In this document: positions 28,084 to 36,905 of the stretch, piece by piece
How the letters are laid out: each line of letters begins with the position of its first letter
Position numbering within the stretch: the stretch's first letter is position 1
Assembly (NCBI GenBank): GCA_965199715.1
Contig: OZ241322.1
Span: forward strand, 1,088,001 to 1,152,000
Direction of reading: 5' to 3'
Length of the DNA: 64,000 bases
DNA from: Vicinamibacteria bacterium
Lineage (GTDB): Bacteria > Acidobacteriota > Vicinamibacteria > Marinacidobacterales > Marinacidobacteraceae
The notes under the pieces: model-generated
Databases searched by the model: none
What the model was told of the DNA's origin: nothing
The model's input: the letters and a program-made list of their open reading frames with translations, nothing else
Position numbers and translations under genes: made by a program

Positions 28084-29590
28084 CGCCTCCCGCTACGCGG
28101 CGATCGTCGGGGAGGAGCACCGGCGCAGGTTCGGCCAGTACTTCACTCCGCCCGCCGTCGCCCGGTTCATGGTGGACTGGGCGCTCGGCGGCGGGGCGAA
28201 GTCGATCCACGATCCGGGCTTCGGCCTCGGCGCGTTCCTCGACGCGGCGGACGGGCGGGGGGCGCGCTTTTCGGCGAGCGAGGTGGATCGGCGGGCCGTG
28301 CGCTTCTTCCAGGAGTCCTCGCACCGATGGAACGGCGAGCTTCGGGAGGAGGACTACCTGCTCGTCTGGGGCCGCCGATTCGACGCGATCGTCTGCAATC
28401 CGCCGTACCTGCGATTCCAGCGCTTTCGCGACCGGCACGCCATCCTGGCCGGCTTCCGCAAGAATCTGGGGTTTCGGCTATCCGGATACACGAACTCGGC
28501 CTCGGCGTTCCTCGTCAAGTCGCTGTCGGAACTGACCCCGGGAGGCAGGCTCGCCTACGTGACGCCGCTGGAGTTCCTGAACACCGGCTACGGGATGGGG
28601 GTCAAGGAACGGCTCCTCGCGAGCGGCGCTTCCCTGAGCCTGATCCAGCTCGACTGCGAGAAGGACGTGTTCCCGGACGTCATCACGTCCGTCGGGATCG
28701 TGCTGCTGGACACGGGCGCCGCGGCCGACGCGGTGCGGTTCCATTCGGTGCGATCGCTCGAGGAGCTCGAGGAAACGCTCGGCGGGCCGCCCATCGCTTC
28801 CGTCCCGACCGCTGATCTCCGCCCGGAAGAGCGGTGGATTCCTCACTTCACGGCGCGGTCGATTCGGCCGGACCGCACTCGCGTGGGGTCCATCCTCCAA
28901 TACGGCCGTTTCACCCGAGGCATCGCGACCGGCGCCAACGACTTCTTCGTCATGCGACCTTCCCGCGCCCGCGCGCTGTCGCTCGAAGCGGAGGAGACCG
29001 CCCGGTGCATCACCAAGAGTCGGCAAGTCCGCAGCGCGGTCTTCACGAAGCGCGATCTCGCCGCGCTCGCCGACAAGGACGATCCGGTCCTCTTCTTCCG
29101 GGCGGGGCCGCGCCCGAGTCCGCCGGCGGCGACCTACATCGCCCACGGAGAGGAGCGGGGCCTGCATCGCCGCTACCTCCTGCGGCAGCGCCGTCCGTGG
29201 TTCAAGAGCGAGACCCGGAATCCGGCGCCGCTGCTGCTCGGCGTCTTCTCGCGGGGCGACTACAAGGTGGTTCTCAACCGGAGCGGGGCGCTCAACCTGA
29301 CGTGCTTCCACGGCTTCGTCCCGCGGCTGCTCGGGCGGAACTACGTGGATCGGTTGTTCCTGTACCTCATCTCCGAGACCGGGCGCGACCTCATGGCCGA
29401 CCTCGCCCGGCGTTACGGCGATTCGCTCGTCAAGTACGAGCCGCACGACCTGAACGACGCGCCCGTTCCCGTGCCGGAGGTGCTCGACCAGCTCGGTGCG
29501 GACGAAGTGGCCGACGCCGTGGTGCGCGTCCGCGCCGGAGCGGGCCTGCCCTCGGCCGTCGAGAACCGCTTCCGGGCGCTCGTGGCCTGA
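28073..29590 (+). CDS. N6-adenine DNA methyltransferase (gamma class, M.AccI-like)
   Basis: GQYFTP, DPGFGLGAF (motif I), IVCNPPY (motif IV), RGIATGANDFF. Confidence 0.9.
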   Translation: MGVDASRYAAIVGEEHRRRFGQYFTPPAVARFMVDWALGGGAKSIHDPGFGLGAFLDAADGRGARFSASEVDRRAVRFFQESSHRWNGELREEDYLLVWGRRFDAIVCNPPYLRFQRFRDRHAILAGFRKNLGFRLSGYTNSASAFLVKSLSELTPGGRLAYVTPLEFLNTGYGMGVKERLLASGASLSLIQLDCEKDVFPDVITSVGIVLLDTGAAADAVRFHSVRSLEELEETLGGPPIASVPTADLRPEERWIPHFTARSIRPDRTRVGSILQYGRFTRGIATGANDFFVMRPSRARALSLEAEETARCITKSRQVRSAVFTKRDLAALADKDDPVLFFRAGPRPSPPAATYIAHGEERGLHRRYLLRQRRPWFKSETRNPAPLLLGVFSRGDYKVVLNRSGALNLTCFHGFVPRLLGRNYVDRLFLYLISETGRDLMADLARRYGDSLVKYEPHDLNDAPVPVPEVLDQLGADEVADAVVRVRAGAGLPSAVENRFRALVA

Positions 29591-29600
29591 GGCCCGCCCG

Positions 29601-30662
29601 TCAGAGGGTCAGCGCGTCGGCCGACGGAGGCCCCACGAGGCGGGCGAGGGCCGCGTTGAACGGCCCGGCCTCGAGGAAGTAGTTGGGGTACGCCTCCCGC
29701 AGGTCGTTCGCGGACGTCGTCGAGACGAGGCAGACCTGAAAGCCGGCGCGGCCCTCGTGCTCCGCTTCCAGCTCGAGGTACCGGGCCTGCGCCTCCTCCA
29801 ACTGGTGGTTGTGCCATGGGGTCACGTCGATCTTCCGGGCGCCCGCGTCGAGCATCATGAGGTACCAGTCGGCGTCCGTCTCGAAGGCGGCGTGGTGGAG
29901 CCTTCCCCCCAGCCCGATCAGGATGTCCCAGACGTTGAGCCGGCGCACCAGGTCCTGAACCTCCTCCCGCAACTCCGGCAGCGCGGCCGGGGTCATGGGC
30001 ACTGGCGGACGTTCCTCCTCGAGCGCGAGCACGCTGCCCATGAGGCTGAAGAAGCGGTCCCAGTCCCCGTTGGCGAGCCCGCTGGTCTTGATCGACGTGC
30101 CGGCGAGGGCGTCCACCGTCTCGACCGCCGTGGCCCATGAATGCTGGTGCTTCGAGCGCGCCTGAATCTCGACGCGCAGGCCGTTCCAGTCCACGTCGTC
30201 GGGGTCGGCGTTCCGGTAGCGGAACACGAGATGGACGCTGCGGTATCCAGTGGGCTTGGGTTCGGCGATGTAGTCGTACACGCGGGCCAGGCCGTGCCGG
30301 TCCCCGACCTCGCGCAACCGGGCGACGAGGCTCTCGGCGGCGGCGGACGAACCGAGGATCGCGCGGCAGCCGCCGAGGTCGTGCATGCGCGACAACTTCA
30401 TCCGCGGGAACCGCCGCAGCTTCGACTCGACGGAAGCGATGCGCTTGAGCCGCTCGGCGATCAGGACTTCCGGGTCGGTATCCCGCGCGCAGTCCTCGAG
30501 AAGCCCGCGGATCACGCGGAGCGGATGCCCGTGCACGCCCCGCCACTCCTCCACGACCTGCCGCGCCCGCTCCCGATCCGCGTCGCCGGGCGCGGTGACC
30601 GCCAGAAGGCGTCCGGCCGCGTCCACTTCGCGGCGGCTTCGCGTCGGGCGGCGGTACTCCAT
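29601..30662 (-). CDS. CapRel-like fused toxic small alarmone synthetase/antitoxin (RelA/SpoT domain)
   Basis: ERLKRIASVESKL, MHDLGGCRA, DYIAEPKPTGYRSVHL, EIQARSKHQHSWATAVE, WDRFF, and C-terminal CLVS...LREAYPNYF (YxxY motif). Confidence 0.85.
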   Translation of the reverse strand: MEYRRPTRSRREVDAAGRLLAVTAPGDADRERARQVVEEWRGVHGHPLRVIRGLLEDCARDTDPEVLIAERLKRIASVESKLRRFPRMKLSRMHDLGGCRAILGSSAAAESLVARLREVGDRHGLARVYDYIAEPKPTGYRSVHLVFRYRNADPDDVDWNGLRVEIQARSKHQHSWATAVETVDALAGTSIKTSGLANGDWDRFFSLMGSVLALEEERPPVPMTPAALPELREEVQDLVRRLNVWDILIGLGGRLHHAAFETDADWYLMMLDAGARKIDVTPWHNHQLEEAQARYLELEAEHEGRAGFQVCLVSTTSANDLREAYPNYFLEAGPFNAALARLVGPPSADALTL

Positions 30663-30673
30663 GACGACTGCGA

Positions 30674-32200
30674 TTATCGCCGCTGCAGCTCCCGGCGCAG
30701 TTCCACGCACAGCCCGAACCCGATGACCGCTGATCCGACGGCGATCGGCAGGCCGGTCGTCACCGCCGCCGCCTGAAGCGATTCGAGGCTGCCGCCGAGC
30801 AGCAGGACGACCGCGATCGCCCCTTCCGTCAGGCACCAGAAGACGCGCTGCGCGGTCGGGGCGTCCAGCTTGCCGCCGGCGGTGATCGAGTCGATCACGA
30901 GCGAACCCGAGTCGGACGAGGTCACGAAGAAGATGACCGTCAACAGGATCGCGACGATCGACAGCGCCACCGAGAACGGCAGCGCCTCGAAGAGCCGGAA
31001 GAGCGCGAGCTCGGGCCGGGCCTCCCGCACCGCGTCCGCCGCGCCCGCGTATCCCCCGTCCACGTACTGGTGGAGCGCCGCGCCGCCGAAGACGCTCATC
31101 CAGACCACGGCCAGCAACGTCGGCGCGGCGAGCAGGAACGCGAGCATCTCCCGAACGGTGCGTCCCCGTGAGATGCGGGCGATGAAGATCGCGACCACCG
31201 GCGTCCACGCGAACCACCAGGCGAAATAGAAGGCGCTCCACTCCTGCAAGAAGGCCGTGTCCGAGCGCCCGACCCAGTTGCTCAGCGGAACCAGGTACGC
31301 GGCGTAGGCGACGAGGCTGCGGACGAACGCGCCGGCGATCGCGGCGGCCGGGCCGAGCGCGACGACGAGAAGCATCAGCCCGACCGCGAGCGTGATGTTC
31401 CACTCGCTCAGGCGGCGGACGCCCGCGTCGAGGCCCGAGAGGACCGAGACGAGCGCGATGAGAGTGACGACCGAGACGATGGCCACGCCGACGACGTCCG
31501 TGGCCGGGACTCCGAAGAGGTACTCGAGCCCGCCCGAGATCTGCCGCGCGCCCAGCCCGAGCGAGGTCGCCAGACCGAAGATCGTCGCGAAGACGGTCAC
31601 GAAGTCGACGCAGTGGCCCCAAAAGCCCCAGACCGCGTCGCCCAGCACCGGATGGAACGCGGACCGCAGCGCCAGCGGATACCCACGGTTCCACGCGAAG
31701 TACGCGAGGGCGAGCGCCGAAATCCCGTAGATCGCCCAGCCGTGAACGCCCCAGTGGAAGAGGGTGGCGGCGATCGCGAGTCCCTCCTCGGGCGGGGCGC
31801 CGAGCGGCGGGAACAGGAAGTGCTGCATCGGCTCGGCCACGCCGAAGAACATGAGTCCGATGCCGATGCCGGCGGCGAAGAGCATCGCGCCCCACGTCAG
31901 CCGCGAGTACTTCGGTCGTGCGTCCGGCCCGCCGATCCGGATCCGCCCGAGCGGCGCGACGATCAGGAACAAACAGAACAGCAGCGCGAGGTTGGCGCTG
32001 CCGAGGTACAGCCAGTCGAAGCGCGAGACGAGGAAGGCGTGGACGCTCGCAAACGCGGCCGCCGCCTCGTCCCGGAACACGAGGGCGGCGACGACGAAGA
32101 CGAGGATCGCCGCCGCCGAGCTGATGAAGACCGGCGGGTTGAAGTCCAGCCCGAAGCGGCGGACGTTGCCGCGCCCGGGCGCGTGCCGCGCTTCGGTCAG
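30674..32200 (-). CDS. BCCT family (betaine/carnitine/choline) transporter
   Basis: WGAMLFAAGIGIGLMFFGVAEP, FHWGVHGWAIY, GLATSLGLGA, ARISRGRTVRE, FFVTSSDSGSLV. Start uncertain; an in-frame CTG overlaps the upstream stop. Confidence 0.9.
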   Translation of the reverse strand: MTEARHAPGRGNVRRFGLDFNPPVFISSAAAILVFVVAALVFRDEAAAAFASVHAFLVSRFDWLYLGSANLALLFCLFLIVAPLGRIRIGGPDARPKYSRLTWGAMLFAAGIGIGLMFFGVAEPMQHFLFPPLGAPPEEGLAIAATLFHWGVHGWAIYGISALALAYFAWNRGYPLALRSAFHPVLGDAVWGFWGHCVDFVTVFATIFGLATSLGLGARQISGGLEYLFGVPATDVVGVAIVSVVTLIALVSVLSGLDAGVRRLSEWNITLAVGLMLLVVALGPAAAIAGAFVRSLVAYAAYLVPLSNWVGRSDTAFLQEWSAFYFAWWFAWTPVVAIFIARISRGRTVREMLAFLLAAPTLLAVVWMSVFGGAALHQYVDGGYAGAADAVREARPELALFRLFEALPFSVALSIVAILLTVIFFVTSSDSGSLVIDSITAGGKLDAPTAQRVFWCLTEGAIAVVLLLGGSLESLQAAAVTTGLPIAVGSAVIGFGLCVELRRELQRR

Positions 32201-33813
32201 GACCGGGCCGTCCGCTGGTGCTGCCCCACGAACCCGACCACGACGCGACCGCCCTCCTCGCGCTCGAACGCGATGCGGATCGTGTGCCGGGGATTCTTCG
32301 CCACGCCCTTGCCGATGTGCTTCCGCAGCTTCACGGCCTTTCCGTTCACCCGGGTTTCGTACCACGCCGGAGCGCTCCCCATCGTCACTTCCGACTGGTG
32401 CGCCGTGTAGGACCAGCCGGGGCACGCCTCGCCGATGTCCTGCGCCCCCTCCTGGAATGAGGTCGCGAGCCACGCCAGCGCCTCGAAGACTTCCTGCGGC
32501 TTCTCGTACTGCGTGTCCGCGTTGGACTTGTTGTTCAACGCGATCACGAGCTGGTCGGGGAACCGGTCGCGGGCGGCCTCGATGGCCTCGCGGACGTTCG
32601 TGATCGCGATGGGAAGGTCGTCGGCTTGCTCGGGCCGCCGGCGTTTCTCCCGCTCGTAGGCGTCCCGCCAGACCGCCTCCTTCCGCCGGGCCTCGGCGAC
32701 CTCCTCGGTCAGGCGCTTGATCTCCGCGTCGTTCGCCGACTCGCTGCGGGCGATTTGCTGGCGCAAGGACTCGATCTCCGCCTCGAGGTCGCGATCCGGC
32801 TCGGGGGCCTCCTCGACGGCGGGCGCGGGTTCGGCCTTCTTCGGCTCCTCCCTCGGGGCGGCGGGCGGCGGCGACGCCGCGAGCTCGGTCCATCGGGCGG
32901 ACATCTTCAGGATGCGCTCCTCGAGGGCGGTTCGCTGCGCCGCGCGTTCGACCTCTCCCGCGCGGGAGGGGGCCTGGGGCCGGATCCGCCCGTACTCCTC
33001 CATGCGCTCCCGCAGTTCCGCCAGGAACTCCAGCATGCCCCCGCACTCCGAGGGACGGGTCTCGACCACGCGCGGCCACGGATCGGGATCCACGCCGAGA
33101 TAGCGAAGGTCCGCGTCGAACTCGCTGCGCAGTCCGGCGCACAGCGCCGCGGCGCGCTCCTTGCCGCGGGCGAGCGCCTCGCGCCGCTTCCGGCCGCGGA
33201 TGTCCAGCAGCCAGCTCGCGAAGACGTCCACGTCGTTCCAGTCGGGAGCGTCCGGATCCAGCCCGTCCAGCGCGTCCTTCCACTCCTCGAACAGATTCGA
33301 GGTCAGCGGGGGCGACATCGGGAAGCGCCCGGCGACCAGGCACAGCATGAGTCCGGCGGCGTCGACCTCGACGGAGTCTTCGGTCCCGGCGAACTCCGCC
33401 TGGTGGCGCAGGAAGATTTCGCGCGGCCAGAACGAGTCGAACTCGCGAAACGACTCCCTGACGGCGACGCCGTTGGCGCGCAGATACGCCGCCGAACGCT
33501 CGCGCAGATCCTCCTCCGACTCCGCCCAGACCGCGAGCACCGCGTTCGCGAGCGTGAACCCGCGGCGATCGATCCGCTCCATCACCGGGCGTAAGAGCGT
33601 CTCGGGCTTGCGCACCCGGCTGGCGTCCCGGTGCCCCTTGACCGGGACGTTGCGCAGCGCCTGCTTCAGCCGCGGATCCGCCTTCTTTCCGTGACGCGCG
33701 AGGGCCCGCTTCACGACGGCGCGGCGCACCTCCTCGCCGACCAGCGGGAAGATGGCCGCGAGCGGGGTAAGGTCGCTTTCCGGGAAGAGCAGCTTCTCCT
33801 CGGCGGCGGGCAC
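32197..33813 (-). CDS. Hypothetical coiled-coil protein with RelE-like C-terminal domain
   Basis: 538 aa with host-like codon usage, central coiled coils, and tail KHIGKG...PRHTIRIAF...VVVGFVGQH. Confidence 0.7.
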   Translation of the reverse strand: MPAAEEKLLFPESDLTPLAAIFPLVGEEVRRAVVKRALARHGKKADPRLKQALRNVPVKGHRDASRVRKPETLLRPVMERIDRRGFTLANAVLAVWAESEEDLRERSAAYLRANGVAVRESFREFDSFWPREIFLRHQAEFAGTEDSVEVDAAGLMLCLVAGRFPMSPPLTSNLFEEWKDALDGLDPDAPDWNDVDVFASWLLDIRGRKRREALARGKERAAALCAGLRSEFDADLRYLGVDPDPWPRVVETRPSECGGMLEFLAELRERMEEYGRIRPQAPSRAGEVERAAQRTALEERILKMSARWTELAASPPPAAPREEPKKAEPAPAVEEAPEPDRDLEAEIESLRQQIARSESANDAEIKRLTEEVAEARRKEAVWRDAYEREKRRRPEQADDLPIAITNVREAIEAARDRFPDQLVIALNNKSNADTQYEKPQEVFEALAWLATSFQEGAQDIGEACPGWSYTAHQSEVTMGSAPAWYETRVNGKAVKLRKHIGKGVAKNPRHTIRIAFEREEGGRVVVGFVGQHQRTARS

Positions 33814-33823
33814 GGCGGCGGAC

Positions 33824-35023
33824 CTACTGCTCGCGAAGCGCTCCCACGACGCCGCGCCGGGCCGCGCCGATTGCGGGGGCGAGGCCGCCGAAGAATCCGA
33901 TGACGAGCGCGAGCGTGACGCCCTGGACCAGCAGCGCCGGGGTGACCCGGAACGCGAACGCGACCTGGCTGAAGGAGGCGAAGTTGATGGTCGCCGCCCG
34001 GAAGCCGTCGAAGAGCGCCCACGAGGCGGCGCCGCCGAGGAGCGCCCCGACCAGCGAGAACGCGAGCGACTCGGTCATCACCGACAGCACCACCGGAATT
34101 CGCGCGAACCCGAGCGCGCGCAACGTCGCGATCTCGCGCGAGCGGCTGGAGACCGCCGCGTACATGGTGTTCAGCGCCGCGAAGATCGCGCCCACGGCCA
34201 TCATGCTCACGATGAACCAGCCGAGGACGGTGATGAGCACCTCCATCGGCCGCGACTGCTCGGCGAGGTACTCGGTCTCCGGCTGGACGGCGACGTTGAC
34301 GCGGGGGTCGTCCTCGAGGAACGTGCGGAAGCCCTCGTAGGCCTCGGGGTCCGTCAGCCGCACGAGCACCGAATTCGAGGAGTTGCCGCGCTGGTACACG
34401 TCGGCGAGGATGCGGTTGTCGGTCCATATCTCCGACTCGGAGACGCCGCCCCCGCCGGCGAAATGGCCGACGACCTCCCAGTCCGCCGTTCCCACGTCGA
34501 TGCGGTCGCCGATGCGCAGGCCCTCGAACGACTCCACCGCCCCCACGCCGACGATGACCTCGTTGCGCCCCGCCTCGAACATGCGCCCGGCGACCACCTC
34601 GACCGAGTCGCGGACTTCCAGCACGCCCTCGCCCACGCCCCGCAGCGGGACGTTGGCCTGGGTCCCGGTCCCGATCTTCCGCCGGTCGATGACCACGAAG
34701 AGCTCGGCGGACGCCGCCGGGCCGGACGCGCCGCGCGCCACGCCGGGAGCCTCCTCGACCGCCTGGACCTCCTGCCGGCTGAGGATGCTCATGGACTCGG
34801 CGGTCGAGCCGCTGCGAAGCACGATCGCGAGGTCGTCGCGCGCCTGCGACTCCGCGACCTGGCGGAACCCGGCCGCCATCGAGAGCACGGCGACGAGCAC
34901 GCCGACGACGCCGGCGACTCCGAAGACCGCGACCGCCGAGGAGGAGCGCCGCTGCCAGATGGTCTGCAGGTTGTAGACGGAGACCGCCCAGCACTGCTTG
35001 ACGAACGAGGCGATCCGGCGCAT
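33824..35023 (-). CDS. ABC transporter permease (FtsX/MacB family)
   Basis: MRRIASF start; GRMFEAGRNEVIVG, LNTMYAAVSSRSREIATLRALGF. Confidence 0.9.
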   Translation of the reverse strand: MRRIASFVKQCWAVSVYNLQTIWQRRSSSAVAVFGVAGVVGVLVAVLSMAAGFRQVAESQARDDLAIVLRSGSTAESMSILSRQEVQAVEEAPGVARGASGPAASAELFVVIDRRKIGTGTQANVPLRGVGEGVLEVRDSVEVVAGRMFEAGRNEVIVGVGAVESFEGLRIGDRIDVGTADWEVVGHFAGGGGVSESEIWTDNRILADVYQRGNSSNSVLVRLTDPEAYEGFRTFLEDDPRVNVAVQPETEYLAEQSRPMEVLITVLGWFIVSMMAVGAIFAALNTMYAAVSSRSREIATLRALGFARIPVVLSVMTESLAFSLVGALLGGAASWALFDGFRAATINFASFSQVAFAFRVTPALLVQGVTLALVIGFFGGLAPAIGAARRGVVGALREQ

Positions 35024-36183
35024 CACAACCGCCTCAGCGCCATCGCGGTCTGGAGTCGCATCGCCTTGCGCGCCGGGAAGACCCCGACGACGACGCCGGT
35101 GAGGACCGCGAGGATCACGCCGACGACGGCGTCCTGCGGACGCAGGTAGAACGCGGGGAAGAACTGCGCGACCGCGGACGCGAGCGCCTCGCCGGCGCCG
35201 ATCGCGAGCAGCAGGCCGACCACGCCGGCGGTCGTCACGAGCACGACCGACTCGAGCAGGACGAGCCGCATCACTTGGTGGCCGCTGAACCCGAGCGCCT
35301 TCAGGAGGCCGATCTCGCCGACGCGCTCGCGGACCGACTGCGCCATGGTGTTGCCGGCGACCAGCAGGATCGTGAAGAAGACCGCTCCGAGGATCGAGGT
35401 CACGATGAGGCCGATGTTCCCGATCTGGTTCGCGAACCCGGCGGCGAACGCGCCTTCGGGCTCCGACTTGGTCTCCGCGGGCGAGTTCTGGAAGAGAGCG
35501 TCGATCTCGCCCGCGATCTCGGGCGCCCGGTCGGGGTCGGCCACCCGGACCATGTACCAGCCGATCTCGCCCCGTCCGAACGAGCGCGCCTCGTCGAACA
35601 TGTCGTAGCGAAAGATGAACTGGCTTCGGTCGAAGCCCTCCACCTCGGTGTCGTACACGCCGACGATCTCGAACTCCCACGCCTGGTCCTGCCTGTTCCG
35701 CTGCCGCCAGATCGTGGGCTGGATCGGAATGCGGTCCCCCACTTCCCAGCCGAAGCGCTCGACGAGCCCGCGCCCGACGACGACGCCGTCGCGGGTCTCG
35801 GTCCAGCGCTGGCGGGCCGCCTGCGAGAGATCGATCTCCGGGTACATGTCGAGGTACTCGAGCGGCTTCGCCGGCGACTGCATGAAGAAGTTGGAGGGGT
35901 CCTGATAGACGCCGCCGAACCACGTCATGTGCATGGCGTCCACGACCCCCGGGATTTTCTCGATCTCGGCCTCGTAGGTCTCGGGGAGCATCTGGAACAA
36001 CGAGACCCGGTGGCGCACCACGAGCCGCTGCTCGTTCGCGATATCGACCCCGGCGGCGAACGCGGTGCGCAGCATCGAGAGCATCCCGAACATGAAGAAC
36101 GCCACCAGCACCGACATGAAGGTGAGCATCGTGCGGGTCTTGCGGCGGCGGAGCGCCGCGCCGATCAGGGGGAGATCTCGCAT
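35023..36183 (-). CDS. ABC transporter permease (FtsX/MacB family)
   Basis: LRRRKTRTMLT, NTMAQSVRERVGEIGLLKALGF. Confidence 0.9.
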   Translation of the reverse strand: MRDLPLIGAALRRRKTRTMLTFMSVLVAFFMFGMLSMLRTAFAAGVDIANEQRLVVRHRVSLFQMLPETYEAEIEKIPGVVDAMHMTWFGGVYQDPSNFFMQSPAKPLEYLDMYPEIDLSQAARQRWTETRDGVVVGRGLVERFGWEVGDRIPIQPTIWRQRNRQDQAWEFEIVGVYDTEVEGFDRSQFIFRYDMFDEARSFGRGEIGWYMVRVADPDRAPEIAGEIDALFQNSPAETKSEPEGAFAAGFANQIGNIGLIVTSILGAVFFTILLVAGNTMAQSVRERVGEIGLLKALGFSGHQVMRLVLLESVVLVTTAGVVGLLLAIGAGEALASAVAQFFPAFYLRPQDAVVGVILAVLTGVVVGVFPARKAMRLQTAMALRRL

Positions 36184-36893
36184 GGCTCATGCTCCTCCGA
36201 GCGCAGCCGCCCGTCCTCGAGGTGCAGCGTCCGCGAGGCCCGCTCGGCGGCCAGCGGATCGTGGGTGACCATCAGGATGGTCTTGCCCTGGTCGCGGTTC
36301 AGGATCGCGAGCAGGTCGAGGATCTCGCCGGTGTTGCGCCGGTCGAGGTCGCCGGTGGGCTCGTCGCAGACCAGGAGGTTGGGGTCGTTCACCAGCGCCC
36401 GGGCGATCCCGACTCGCTGCTGCTCGCCGCCCGACAGTTCGCGGGGATAGTGCTTGCCCCGGTCCGAAAGGCCCACCACGTCGAGCGCGAGGTCCACCCG
36501 GCGGCGCCGCTCGCGGGAGGAGAGCGAGGTCAGCAGCAGGGGCACGGAGACGTTGCCGCGGGCGCTGAGCGCGCCGAGCAGGTTCGCGAACTGGAACACG
36601 AACCCGATGTTGCGCGCCCGGAACGCCGCGAGCCGGCGTTCCGGGAGCGAGTGGATCGGCTGGTCGGCCACGACCACCTCGCCGCTGGTCGGGCGGTCCA
36701 GCCCCGCGATGAGGTTGAGGAGGGTGGACTTGCCGGATCCCGACGGCCCCATCAGCGCGAGGAACTCGCCTTGCGGCATCGCGAGCGTGAGTTCGCGCAG
36801 CACCGGCACCTTGCGCTTGCCCTGGCGGAACGTGCGCGTGACCGATTGGACCCGGACCATCGGCCGGGCTCCATTCTCGGGGTTGTCGGTCAT
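36165..36893 (-). CDS. ABC transporter ATP-binding protein (LolD/MacB type)
   Basis: GPSGSGKST, LSGGEQQRV, CDEPTGDLD, MVTHD. Confidence 0.93.
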   Translation of the reverse strand: MTDNPENGARPMVRVQSVTRTFRQGKRKVPVLRELTLAMPQGEFLALMGPSGSGKSTLLNLIAGLDRPTSGEVVVADQPIHSLPERRLAAFRARNIGFVFQFANLLGALSARGNVSVPLLLTSLSSRERRRRVDLALDVVGLSDRGKHYPRELSGGEQQRVGIARALVNDPNLLVCDEPTGDLDRRNTGEILDLLAILNRDQGKTILMVTHDPLAAERASRTLHLEDGRLRSEEHEPCEISP

Positions 36894-36905
36894 GTCGTTC
36901 CTTTC

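Noticed and set aside
24955-33343. Apparent large fusion proteins (24955..28083, 29601..31895, 30674..33343; likewise 33824..36190, 42166..44100, 43182..45845, 49964..52591, 52599..54545)
   Set aside because: Only the 3' part of each is a real gene; the 5' extensions are stop-free alternative frames of neighbouring genes.
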